Shown here: positions 29,860 through 39,020 of the stretch, one piece after another
Layout: each line of letters begins with the position of its first letter
Numbering within the stretch: position 1 is the stretch's first letter
Source: Acidobacteriota bacterium
GTDB lineage: Bacteria > Acidobacteriota > UBA6911 > RPQK01 > JAJDTT01
Length of the DNA stretch: 64,000 bases
NCBI GenBank assembly: GCA_965263035.1
Contig: OZ253580.1
Location: 1,376,001-1,440,000, forward strand
Direction of reading: 5' to 3'
Notes under the pieces: generated by a model
Database searches by the model: none
The model's input: only the letters and a program-made list of their open reading frames with translations
What the model was told of the DNA's origin: nothing
Made by a program: the position numbers and the translations under genes

Positions 29860-31299
29860 CTAGCTCGCGCCGCGGCCCCAGACTACGGCCGGTATGGTCT
29901 TGAGCAGAATCCAGAGATCGAGCTTCAAGGACCACTGGTCGATGTACTGGAGATCCAGCTTCATCCATTCCTGAAAGTCCAGCTCGTTCCGGCCGGAGAT
30001 CTGCCAGAGACAGGTGATGCCCGGCTTGACGCTCAGGCGCCGCCGCTGGCTCCGGGAATAGTGCCGGACCTCCTCGGGGAGCGGCGCCCGGGGGCCCACC
30101 AGGCTCATCTCGCCTCTCAACACGTTTGCCAGTTGCGGCAACTCGTCGATGCTGTACCTGCGCAGAATGCGTCCCAAGGACGTCACGCGGGGATCGTTGC
30201 GCATCTTGAACACCGGACCGTCCATCTCGTTGAGATGCCGGAGTTCCCGGAGCTGGTCCTCGGCCCCTTCGACCATGGTGCGAAACTTGACCAGCCGGAA
30301 CTCCCGGCCGTAGAGCCCGCGCCGAACCTGACGATAGAAGACCGATCCGGGTGAGGTGAACTTGATCAGAGCCATGATCAGGAGCATGAAGGGGGACGCC
30401 AGCGCCAGCAGAGCCGACGCCAGGACACAATCCATGATCCGCTTGACCACCAGGGCCACGCTCTGGTCCGGAGCCATGGAGAAGGTGATGAGGGGAAGCT
30501 CCTCCAGGAAATCGAGCGATAGCCTGGAGGCGGATGCGGGGAAGAAGTCGGCGGCGATCCGGGTCCGGATTCCGAGCTCCTCACACAGTTTCAGAACCTC
30601 CTGAAACTGGCGGTTGTCCTCGGGCTGAGCGTCCACGAATATGATCTCGTCCACGATCAGCCGGTCCATGACCAAGTCGGGAAGATCCTTGAGCGATCCC
30701 ACAATCCGTATCCCGGGGGCCTCGGTCCAGGTTTCTCCAGGCGCCAGATGTCCGACGACGTGGTAGCCCCACTTTCGGAACCGGACCAGCACCTCGCTGA
30801 CATGCTGGGCCCGGGAGTCGATTCCCACGACCAGGATCTTGACCTGATGGTGCTCGTTGACGTTCCGGGTCCTCAAGATCCAATGCAGCAGAATGCGGTT
30901 CAAGCCCAGAAAGAGACCGGAGAGTCCGATGAAATTGAAGAAAACGGGCCGGCTCACATCCAGGTCGAACACGAAGACGATGAAACCCACGGCAAGACCG
31001 GCGGCGCAGACGAAGCGGCCGATGCGGAACAGGTGCTGGGAGGCGGAGACCTGGTAGAAGCGAGAGTATTGTTGGGTCATCCGGAGGATGGGAATCCAAA
31101 TCGGCAACACGGCCAGCAGATAGACCAGGTAACGGGAATAGGGCAGCAGAACCGGATGGAATGCGGGCGCGATCAAGGCCGGCGCCAATTCCACCAGCAA
31201 GGATCGGGAGAAATAGGCCAGGGTCAAGGCCAGAAAGGCGACGGCGATGTCCGCCGCCTGAAGGAGGTTGCCGTAGACTTGAGACTGGCGATCGAACAT
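29860..31299 (-). CDS. Polyprenyl glycosylphosphotransferase (priming sugar transferase)
   Basis: KRIMD, KFRTM, DPRVT, SIDELPQL.NVL.GEMSLVGPR, KPGIT. Confidence 0.95.
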   Translation of the reverse strand: MFDRQSQVYGNLLQAADIAVAFLALTLAYFSRSLLVELAPALIAPAFHPVLLPYSRYLVYLLAVLPIWIPILRMTQQYSRFYQVSASQHLFRIGRFVCAAGLAVGFIVFVFDLDVSRPVFFNFIGLSGLFLGLNRILLHWILRTRNVNEHHQVKILVVGIDSRAQHVSEVLVRFRKWGYHVVGHLAPGETWTEAPGIRIVGSLKDLPDLVMDRLIVDEIIFVDAQPEDNRQFQEVLKLCEELGIRTRIAADFFPASASRLSLDFLEELPLITFSMAPDQSVALVVKRIMDCVLASALLALASPFMLLIMALIKFTSPGSVFYRQVRRGLYGREFRLVKFRTMVEGAEDQLRELRHLNEMDGPVFKMRNDPRVTSLGRILRRYSIDELPQLANVLRGEMSLVGPRAPLPEEVRHYSRSQRRRLSVKPGITCLWQISGRNELDFQEWMKLDLQYIDQWSLKLDLWILLKTIPAVVWGRGAS

Positions 31300-31358
31300 C
31301 TCGGTGTCGTCCCCGAAGCGGCCCGCCGGACCTGGCCGGGAGCCGGGGGGCGTTCAAT

Positions 31359-32069
31359 TCAGCAATCGGTCAGGTCCCCGATCCGGGGAGGCCGGGACAT
31401 GAGGAAACCCTCCGCCAAGGAGCATCCTACTAGACTCCCCACGTGCGTGTGGAAACTCCGGATCCTTTCCAGGAACCGAGGATCGCTGAGATAGGTGGCA
31501 GGCTCGCTCGAGTCCGAGCGAAATAACTGGGACGCAAAGGCCTCCAAAGCGCGCTCCTTCTGCTCGTAGTGGTCCGAAATGTCCACTCCGAAGTGGGGTA
31601 CGACCGGCTGATCGAAATGGGTCCAGTAGGCGATCCGCTGCGGACGGAAACGCGGTTGAGACGTTTCGATGGCCGCCAGGCCGGCATGGTGAACCGCCTC
31701 CTCTACCAGAATCGTTGCCTTGCCGTGGTCCGGATGGCCCCATCTGGAATGAGTCAGGACCAGCTTGGGCCGGTACTGGCGGATCACTCGGATCAATTCC
31801 AGACGGCTCTCCTCATCGAGACTCAGATCCCCGTCTCTCAACCCCAGGTTCAGCCGGAAGTCCAGACCCAGGAGAGCAGCCGCGCGACGGGCTTCGAGGG
31901 CCCGGGTCTCAATCGTACCGCGGGTTCCCAACTCGCCCCGTGTCAGATCCACGACGCCTGTGCGGCGACCCAGGGACTTCAGGCGAAGCAGCGTCCCGCC
32001 GCAACCCAGCTCGACGTCGTCGGGATGCGCGCCCACGGCGAGAACGTCGACTCGTTCCTGTTCACACAT
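31359..32069 (-). CDS. bshB1: Bacillithiol biosynthesis deacetylase BshB1
   Basis: AHPDDVELGCGG, DLTRGELGTRG, HPDH, AEGF; overlaps bshC. Confidence 0.92.
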   Translation of the reverse strand: MCEQERVDVLAVGAHPDDVELGCGGTLLRLKSLGRRTGVVDLTRGELGTRGTIETRALEARRAAALLGLDFRLNLGLRDGDLSLDEESRLELIRVIRQYRPKLVLTHSRWGHPDHGKATILVEEAVHHAGLAAIETSQPRFRPQRIAYWTHFDQPVVPHFGVDISDHYEQKERALEAFASQLFRSDSSEPATYLSDPRFLERIRSFHTHVGSLVGCSLAEGFLMSRPPRIGDLTDC

Positions 32070-33702
32070 GGATCACCTGGTGGCCCATACAGAAGGGGTC
32101 GATCGTTTCCAACAGGCCATCGATGAACCCGGGTCCCTCTTCCATCAGGAACTGGTTGAAGTTGACGACCCGTTCCTGCAGCTTCTCCTCGGGATGAAGA
32201 CGGGTATGAAGATAGTCCAGATGACGGCCGGCGACGCGGTCGCGGTTTCGATAGTTTTCCAGAAATCGGTTCTCCACCCGGTCCATCTGATAAAAGACTC
32301 GCTTCCAAGCCCTGGGAACCATCCTGTCGAGACTCGGATCGACGCGGACAATGTCCCCCTGTAGCCGAGTCAGGCTCTCCCTGACCACTTCCGAGATCCG
32401 GTCGAACTCGTCCAGGACGTGCTTTGAAGCTCCTGTCCTGGCGACACGTTGGGTGATTCGGGAGGCGCCCAGGGTGAGCAGCTCGACCAGATCCAGCGAG
32501 TGCTTTTTCAGCAGCCGCTGGGACTTCCGGTCCACTACCGTTACCCCGACCCTGGGGAACACGCAGCACTGAATCTTCCAGTAGGGACTGATGGCGCCGA
32601 TCTGACTGAAGTAGGCGACCTCCGCCGGCCCTCCCACGTAAGCTACGGTAGGGAAAAGGTGGTCCTGAATGATGGGCCGCAACAAAACGTTGGGACCGAA
32701 CTCACCAACTCCGGTTCGTATCCGTTCCAGCAGCTCTTCCGGCCGCAGCCGGAGAGAGCGGCTACCGCGGCTCCAATAGGCTCCGGATCGGTACTCCAAC
32801 TTGTAACGCCGTCTCCCCTCGAGCCAGAAGAGGAGTGACTCTGAGCTGTCCACGGGCACCTGCACGCGGTGGCCATCCGCCTCCAGCTTCCGCCCGCGGG
32901 TCTGCAAGGAGCGGATCAGACGTTTCCGCTCCAGGACCGCCGTCTCGAAGACCTGTCTCAACGCGCCCTTGTATCCGGGTTGGAGCGCGTCGAAGAGAAT
33001 GAGCCCCTGGTTTCGAAAGAGCCGGGCGAGCCAACGGCCCTGGGCATCGGTAAAAGGCGTGCCGGGCGCGAAGGCCGATTCGAGGGTTCGAAGGATCGCT
33101 TCCTGACACTCGGAAGTGGGAGCGCCGTCCTGGAGCCTCTTCAGGGGATCACCCACCGATTCCAACGAAACCGTGCCCACCATGGTTGACGAAGGGGGGG
33201 AGGGACCGGAATAGTCCAGATGCAACAACGATCCCTGCGGACCGAAGAAGGCTGTGGAACGGGATTCCAGAAAATCAGAGTCATCGGAAGGAAGCCAGAA
33301 GACGGGAACCGCCGGACACCCCTGAGACTCCAGGACCCGGGCCAGGCTCACGGCGGTCAGCGCCTTGTAGACGGAGAGGGCCGGTCCGCCGAAGAGGCCC
33401 AGCTGTTGGCCCGTCACCACAGCCACGGTCCCCGAATCCCGCAGCTTCTCGATATTCTCGCCGGTGGAGGGCCCCGAGCCCACCCGGGCATTGAAATCGT
33501 GCAGCATCCGGACGAGACTCTCGCGGGGCAACCGGGAGTCCCGTCCCCGCGCGGCCTCGGCCCGTTGGCGCAGAGCCTCCGGGCTGGTGTGCGCCGGTCC
33601 GGCCGGATAGAGCGGTGAGACCCGGTCGAAATCGTGCAGATACTGGAGAAAAAGCCGACTCTGCCCCGGCAACCGGCGGCGGTCGAGACGCTCGACTCTC
33701 AT
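32062..33702 (-). CDS. bshC: Bacillithiol biosynthesis cysteine-adding enzyme BshC
   Basis: VVTGQQLGLFGGP, PVFW..DD.DF.E, PNVLLRP..QD..FPT.AYVGGPAEVAY, LQERV. Confidence 0.95.
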   Translation of the reverse strand: MRVERLDRRRLPGQSRLFLQYLHDFDRVSPLYPAGPAHTSPEALRQRAEAARGRDSRLPRESLVRMLHDFNARVGSGPSTGENIEKLRDSGTVAVVTGQQLGLFGGPALSVYKALTAVSLARVLESQGCPAVPVFWLPSDDSDFLESRSTAFFGPQGSLLHLDYSGPSPPSSTMVGTVSLESVGDPLKRLQDGAPTSECQEAILRTLESAFAPGTPFTDAQGRWLARLFRNQGLILFDALQPGYKGALRQVFETAVLERKRLIRSLQTRGRKLEADGHRVQVPVDSSESLLFWLEGRRRYKLEYRSGAYWSRGSRSLRLRPEELLERIRTGVGEFGPNVLLRPIIQDHLFPTVAYVGGPAEVAYFSQIGAISPYWKIQCCVFPRVGVTVVDRKSQRLLKKHSLDLVELLTLGASRITQRVARTGASKHVLDEFDRISEVVRESLTRLQGDIVRVDPSLDRMVPRAWKRVFYQMDRVENRFLENYRNRDRVAGRHLDYLHTRLHPEEKLQERVVNFNQFLMEEGPGFIDGLLETIDPFCMGHQVIHV

Positions 33703-33720
33703 GCGGCCGCCAGTTTAACC

Positions 33721-33764
33721 GAAAGTCCCGCGCGGCACCGGGACCGATGCCGCGCGGGACTCTC
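33721..33764. repeat. Hairpin related to a MITE-B end
   Basis: 17-bp arms GAAAGTCCCGCGCGGCA / TGCCGCGCGGGACTCTC; left arm resembles GAAAGTCCCGCGTAGCACCGAGACC at about 48733. Confidence 0.55.
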
Positions 33765-33870
33765 ATCAGGGACCTCCGGGAACAGAGTCCGCAGTGTCAT
33801 GCCCCTCGAGATGACCGACGACAATCGCCGGCATCTCCATGAGACGCAAGCCTTTTGGAGGGACGGTCTG

Positions 33871-34179
33871 TTACGGGCGCTTCGCCTTTTCCTCGGAAGG
33901 GGAGGAGGGGGCCTTGACCATGATCCGGTCCCTGAGCCTCAGAAAGGTCTTCTCTCCGATGCCACGGACGTTCATCAGATCTTCAATCCGCTTGAAGGCT
34001 CCGTTTTTCTCCCGGAACGTCACGATTCGTCTGGCGATTGACGGTCCGACGCCGGGGAGGGTGTCCAACTCTTCCACGGTCGCCTGATTCAGATCCAGCT
34101 TGTCCGCAGCCGCGGCATCCGGACACCAGAGCCAGGGCATGGCCATCAGCAAGGTCGAGAACAACAGAATCTTTCGCAT
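33871..34179 (-). CDS. comEA: ComEA-family helix-hairpin-helix DNA-binding protein
   Basis: Signal peptide, DLNQATVEELDTLPGVG, V.GIGEK; RBS GGAGG. Confidence 0.93.
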   Translation of the reverse strand: MRKILLFSTLLMAMPWLWCPDAAAADKLDLNQATVEELDTLPGVGPSIARRIVTFREKNGAFKRIEDLMNVRGIGEKTFLRLRDRIMVKAPSSPSEEKAKRP

Positions 34180-34203
34180 GTGCACCTCCTTTGGTTTGGG
34201 TTT

Positions 34204-34852
34204 GGGGCTTATATATCTGACTTGACATCAGCACACAGTTCCGGCGCCACGCTCGGCCCACTGGCCCACGTTTCGGCACCCAGGGCAAGAACCCCCGCCC
34301 TGAGAATGTTCAGGGCTGCATTGTGGTCCCTGTCCATTCTGAGATCGCAGGCTGAGCAGCGATACGTCTCGCTCCTTCCCGGTCGATACCGGGCACCAAA
34401 ACGGTGACAGTCCTGCGACGTGTTTTGTGGGTTGACTTCCACGAACTCCCGACCGGCCCACTCTGCCTTGTATCGGAGCCGGGGATACCCAGGATTCTCT
34501 CCAGCCTTGCAGCGCCGGAAGAAGGCCTGGAAGGCTCGCTCCTGGCGAAACCACATCCCCCTTTCGGCCTTGACGGCAATGGCCCCGAGCCCGTCCGGAT
34601 CGTTTCTCCGCTGCTGCGTCAAACCCCGCATCTGGTCATATAGAGTCACGGATTTCTCTTCCTTCTCCCAGGTGTCCTTACGCTCCTCCAGGGCGGAGTT
34701 GTAGAGGCGGTTCAAAACCGATCTGATCCAATCCAGATGCCGAAACCCTCCCTTGGACATCTTGGCTCGGCACTGAAATATTGTGTGAACCTTCATAGTG
34801 AATGCGAAAACACATCTCTAGGACGATCTGTCAAGTTAGATAAATGAGCCCC
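34204..34852 (-). mobile_element. 649-bp non-autonomous TIR element carrying a tnpB remnant (IS1595-like ends, inferred)
   Basis: 24-bp TIRs GGGGCTTATATATCTGACTTGACA / TGTCAAGTTAGATAAATGAGCCCC (3 mismatches); 8-bp TSD TTGGGTTT at 34196-34203 and 34853-34860. Confidence 0.88.
34209..34796 (-). pseudogene. tnpB: TnpB with a large in-frame internal deletion (195 aa)
   Basis: N-terminal LYN.ALEER...AF.AFFRR.K.GE.PGYPR joined directly to LRYKAEWAG..VNP..TSQ.C...CSAC..DRDHNAALNI. RuvC-I, bridge helix and RuvC-II are absent. Confidence 0.88.
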
Positions 34853-34912
34853 TTGGGTTTCCTATCTGAGCCTAACGCTCCAGATGGAAAAAACGCGAAG
34901 CGGAGCGGCGGT

Positions 34913-36166
34913 TCACCCGCCAACTGGTGCGTGGACGCCGTTGCAGAGGTAGTCGAAAATTTCGTAGTTCCGGGCTCCGTGGGCCGCCCGGGTCCGGTAC
35001 TCGTCGCTCAAAGGCTCGGAAAGCAGCATGGGGACCATCTCTTCATGGCGTCCGCCGTGGGACCTTAGAGGTTGGTTCAGGACGCTCAGATCATGGTCGG
35101 CAGGGGTCCTGCCGATGACGGCGCCGGCGTCCGCCATCACGACCAGATCGCCGATGCGGTCGGCCGGCAAGTCCAGTTCTCTCGACGCCGCAGTGCGGTC
35201 GTAGACTTCGTCGATGCCGGGCAGCCGGCGGATCCAAGCGGCCACGGCAGCGGTCTTGAGCGGTTCGGTCACGTGCACCATGACCGCCGAACCCAGAGAG
35301 CCGTGGTGAACGACGTAGGGGTCCGTGATGGGACAGACCACTCGGTTTCCCTCTCCGAAACGATCTCTCAGCAGAGATTCGAGATAGACGACGTTGGGGC
35401 TCCCGTCGGGCCGGGTTTTGGCATTCATTCCGTGGTCAGCCGTCACTCCAACCCGGGCGCCGGTCTCCAGCAGCGCGCCGATCTCCCGGTCCAGCGCCTG
35501 GTGGAAATCCAGTGACTCGGAAGACTCGGGAGGGTACTTGTGCTGCATGTAGTCAGTCAGGGAGAGGAAGAGAAAATCGACCATATCCCTCTGGATGAGT
35601 CTGGCCCCGGCCGCCAGCACGAAGAGGCTGGCGTCGGCGCTGTAGATCTCCGGCTGTGGCCTGCCCACCAGGTCTTCCAGGTTCGCGATGCCGTGGGTCT
35701 CGACGGAGGCGACGGCGGCTCGCTCGGAAGAAAAGGCGATTCCGTTCAGGCCTTTCGTGAGCAGGTCACGGAGTTTCTCCTTGGCCGTCACCATAGCCAC
35801 CTTTCTGCCGGCACGGGACGCCGCCGCCAGAATGGTGTCGCACCGGACGTAGCGGGATGAGTTCATCATCAGTTCCCGGCCGGTCCGCGGATCGAGAAAG
35901 AAGTTGCCGCTGATACCAGTCACGGACGGGGGGACCCCGGAGACGATGGCAGCATTGTTCACGTTGGTGAAGGAGGGGAGAGCGCCCCGGACCACGGACT
36001 CGAATCCACCTGCGGCCAGACCGTCCAGATGAGGCATGCGGCCCCGACGCCTGGAGACCTCCAGGTACTCGGGCCCGCAGCCATCGATGCAGACCACCAC
36101 CAGGGGCTTGGCCGGAGGCCGGTATTCCCGCCCGTTGACCCGGAAAGGTGTGGTGCTGATCCGCAT
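34913..36166 (-). CDS. phnA: Phosphonoacetate hydrolase
   Basis: VVVCIDG, PSFTNVNN, TDYMQHK, TADHGM, PITDPYVVHH, LRSHGG. Confidence 0.93.
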   Translation of the reverse strand: MRISTTPFRVNGREYRPPAKPLVVVCIDGCGPEYLEVSRRRGRMPHLDGLAAGGFESVVRGALPSFTNVNNAAIVSGVPPSVTGISGNFFLDPRTGRELMMNSSRYVRCDTILAAASRAGRKVAMVTAKEKLRDLLTKGLNGIAFSSERAAVASVETHGIANLEDLVGRPQPEIYSADASLFVLAAGARLIQRDMVDFLFLSLTDYMQHKYPPESSESLDFHQALDREIGALLETGARVGVTADHGMNAKTRPDGSPNVVYLESLLRDRFGEGNRVVCPITDPYVVHHGSLGSAVMVHVTEPLKTAAVAAWIRRLPGIDEVYDRTAASRELDLPADRIGDLVVMADAGAVIGRTPADHDLSVLNQPLRSHGGRHEEMVPMLLSEPLSDEYRTRAAHGARNYEIFDYLCNGVHAPVGG

Positions 36167-36176
36167 CAAGCAGCCG

Positions 36177-36983
36177 TCAATTGGAGAAGTACCAGCGCAG
36201 AATCTCGGGACCCCAAAGGGCGGCCGCAGCCGATGCCACACCCAGGAACGTTCCGAACGGCAACGGGTAGCTCCGTCGCTTGGAGCGGGCCCGCATGTAG
36301 ATGGAGCCCGCGACGGCTCCCACCACCGAACCCAGGAAGACGCTCAGCCAGGCACACTTCCAGCCCAGGAAGGCGCCCAGCATGGCCGTCATCTTGACGT
36401 CGCCGAATCCCATCCCGTCGATGCCTGAAAAACGGCGGTAGAGGGCGGCGATCAACCAAAGAAAGCCACCTCCCACCCCGGCTCCCAGGAGGGAGAATCC
36501 CAGGTGGTCCCAGGCCGGGAGCGACGCCGTCCTCGCCTCCCAGTGGAAGAAATCCGGATCCTGAAAAGGCGACAGGAGGACACCGGCCGCCAAACCTCCG
36601 AGCGTCAGGACGTCGGGCAGGATCCGATGGTAAAGGTCGATGACGGTGAGAGCCAGGATCAACGCCAGGAACAGGCAGCTGACCACAAAGGCCGAGGACC
36701 AACCGAACCGCATCCAGGCGGTGACAAAAAGAGCTGCGGTCGCGGCCTCCAGCAGCGGGTACTGGAGAGAGATGCGCCGGTGGCAGGCGCGGCAGCGGCC
36801 CTTGAGGAGCAAGAAGCTCAAGACCGGAATGTTGTCCCCGGCCGATATCGGTTTCGAGCAGTTCGGGCAGCGGGAGCGGGGCCGAATGACCGACTCCCGG
36901 CGCGGGAGACGGTGAATGCAGACATTGAGAAAGCTTCCGATCACCAATCCGGCCAGGGCCGGCACGACTGCGATCCAATCCAT
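36177..36983 (-). CDS. pilD: Prepilin peptidase
   Basis: GSFLNVCIHRLP, two CxxC motifs, GMGFGDVK, PFGTFL. Confidence 0.95.
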   Translation of the reverse strand: MDWIAVVPALAGLVIGSFLNVCIHRLPRRESVIRPRSRCPNCSKPISAGDNIPVLSFLLLKGRCRACHRRISLQYPLLEAATAALFVTAWMRFGWSSAFVVSCLFLALILALTVIDLYHRILPDVLTLGGLAAGVLLSPFQDPDFFHWEARTASLPAWDHLGFSLLGAGVGGGFLWLIAALYRRFSGIDGMGFGDVKMTAMLGAFLGWKCAWLSVFLGSVVGAVAGSIYMRARSKRRSYPLPFGTFLGVASAAAALWGPEILRWYFSN

Positions 36984-37053
36984 CTCCCGCAATTATACGC
37001 GTGGCTTGGCAGGGTCCGGTTGCACCAGGAGACGGAGCTGCCCGAATGCCGGA

Positions 37054-38739
37054 CTATTCGCGGCGGGCCAGTACGATGTCGTTGTTGTCGACGATGGTGT
37101 ACATGGCCTTCTCCAGGTCGGTCACGGCCTGTTGATAGTCCACCCGAGCCCTCAGCTCCTGCACCTGCGCGTGGCTCAGGTCCCTCTGATAACGGAGCAC
37201 TTCGAAGTTGGTGGACAGGCCGGCCTGGAAACGCTTGTTCTCGCCCTCCAACTGGGCCTCCGAGAGCTGGCGCGCAACCCCGGCCGCTTCCAGGCGCTTC
37301 CTCTGGGTGGCGATGGTCTCGTAGGCATTGCGCACTTCCACGATGATCATCTGCTGCTGGTTCTTCAGTTGACTGGCAAGCCGGCGATCCCGGATCAGGA
37401 TGCTCGCTCTCTCCGCCTCGTTGGCCCGGTTCTTCAGCGGGATCTCCACGCTGACACCGAGAGTGTAGTTGATGTAGTCGAACCCGAAGACCTGACCCCA
37501 CGAATTTCCGAAACCGCCGTAGAACGGACTCCCCTGCTGAGGCACGTTCTGCATTCGGGTGTCGGGGACGCCGTCCCCATCGGTATCCACGAACTCGCTT
37601 CCGAACACCTCTCCGGCGCGCCCCGTATTGGTCAGGCTCGCCACCAGGTCCACGCTGGGTCGTCCATCCTTTTGAAAGAACTCCCGGTCCACCTCGACCT
37701 GTTCCCGTGCCAACTGATTTTGTTTCAGTTCGGGACGCCTCTCCATGGCCCTGGCGATGGCCTCATCCAGAGTGATCACCAAATCCTGGACTTGAGGACG
37801 CTGGGTGGGGATCAGCGTCAGATTCCAGATGGACGCCGTCGGGTCCGGCGCCAGATAACGCTTGAGTCCGTTCTGGGAGGTAATGATCTGAACCTCCGAC
37901 TGGATCATCTCCTGCTCTCGCGTGGCCACTTCGGCCCGAGAGGCGGTGACTTCGATGGGCGCCATGACGCCGATCCGGACCCGCTTCTGATTGTTCTCGT
38001 GCTGGATGATGGCCAGCTCCATGGACTTGCGAATGGCTTCGTAGCTTTCGATCGCGAACACCAGTTCCCAATACTGATTCTGCACCTGTTGGACGATCTC
38101 CGACACTTTCTGTTGAAACTGGCTGTCGTTGATCTCGGTCTCCAGGTTGTAGATCCTGAGCTGGCGCCGGGTCCAGGTCTCGCGGAATCCCCTCAAGAGC
38201 GGCTGGCGCAAGATAACCGCGATGTTGGATCCAAAAGAGGGATTCATGAAGGAAAAGGAACTGTTGGTGCTGAAACGGTTGTTGTTGAAGTTCAAGGTGA
38301 GGCTGCTTCCGTTAGGCAGATTCTGCACCAGCGAGCTGTCGAAATAGATCCGGTCCGTGGTGTTCACCGGAATGCCCTGACCCGCGTCCAGGATGGACCG
38401 AGCCGGATTCTCAGTGGCCGCCCAGCCCACCTCGAATTGGATCCTGGGATCGTAGAAGCCCTTGGTTCCAAAGATCAGTTGTCGGTTCAGATCCTCGTTG
38501 TAGTCCTCGATGGAGATCTCCAGGTTGTTGATCAACGACAGGCGGATGGCGTCCTTGACACTCAACTCCCGTACCGGTTTCTCACGGCGCATCCGATCCG
38601 CCCACGACTCGGGCCGGTCGATTTCCGGCATCTTTGGCCCGGTCTGATCCGTGGCCGCCTTCCCTTGAGGGCCACCCCGCAAAAAGGACACGGCCAATAC
38701 GAGAAAGATGGGAAGAATGATTCCTGTGACGATCTTCAT
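37054..38739 (-). CDS. TolC-family outer membrane protein
   Basis: Duplicated OEP repeats (V...YWEL, RPEL, EVRNAY, RFQAGLST.FEVL). Confidence 0.92.
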   Translation of the reverse strand: MKIVTGIILPIFLVLAVSFLRGGPQGKAATDQTGPKMPEIDRPESWADRMRREKPVRELSVKDAIRLSLINNLEISIEDYNEDLNRQLIFGTKGFYDPRIQFEVGWAATENPARSILDAGQGIPVNTTDRIYFDSSLVQNLPNGSSLTLNFNNNRFSTNSSFSFMNPSFGSNIAVILRQPLLRGFRETWTRRQLRIYNLETEINDSQFQQKVSEIVQQVQNQYWELVFAIESYEAIRKSMELAIIQHENNQKRVRIGVMAPIEVTASRAEVATREQEMIQSEVQIITSQNGLKRYLAPDPTASIWNLTLIPTQRPQVQDLVITLDEAIARAMERRPELKQNQLAREQVEVDREFFQKDGRPSVDLVASLTNTGRAGEVFGSEFVDTDGDGVPDTRMQNVPQQGSPFYGGFGNSWGQVFGFDYINYTLGVSVEIPLKNRANEAERASILIRDRRLASQLKNQQQMIIVEVRNAYETIATQRKRLEAAGVARQLSEAQLEGENKRFQAGLSTNFEVLRYQRDLSHAQVQELRARVDYQQAVTDLEKAMYTIVDNNDIVLARRE

Positions 38740-38767
38740 TGCATCTCCTGGATAGCTCGAGACTCGG

Positions 38768-38831
38768 CAAACTTTGGTGAAGGTCCCCGCACCATTCGAC
38801 GGTTGCCATTGGGGACTTTCACCACGGAATG
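38768..38831. repeat. Short degenerate MITE-B-like palindrome
   Basis: TGGTGAAGGTCCCC...GGGGACTTTCACCACGG; the right arm equals the family-B end. Confidence 0.6.
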
Positions 38832-39020
38832 TACCACGAGGTTCCACCCTTATGGTGTACGAACGACACGGGAAGATTGTTTCAACAACCTGGAGGTGGG
38901 GTTAAGGGCTCGAAGCGCCGGCCACCGGGGGAGGACCCTCCCAGGAGCCGGCGCTGAAGGTGGTCGCGGCATTCGACCGGCGCTACGCGGAACCTGCCGG
39001 AGACGCCGGAATGCGTGCCG

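Noticed and set aside
34209-34796. Active TnpB/Cas12-like nuclease or a standard IS200/IS605 element
   Set aside because: Two of three RuvC catalytic segments are deleted, there is no tnpA, and the ends are TIR/TSD type.
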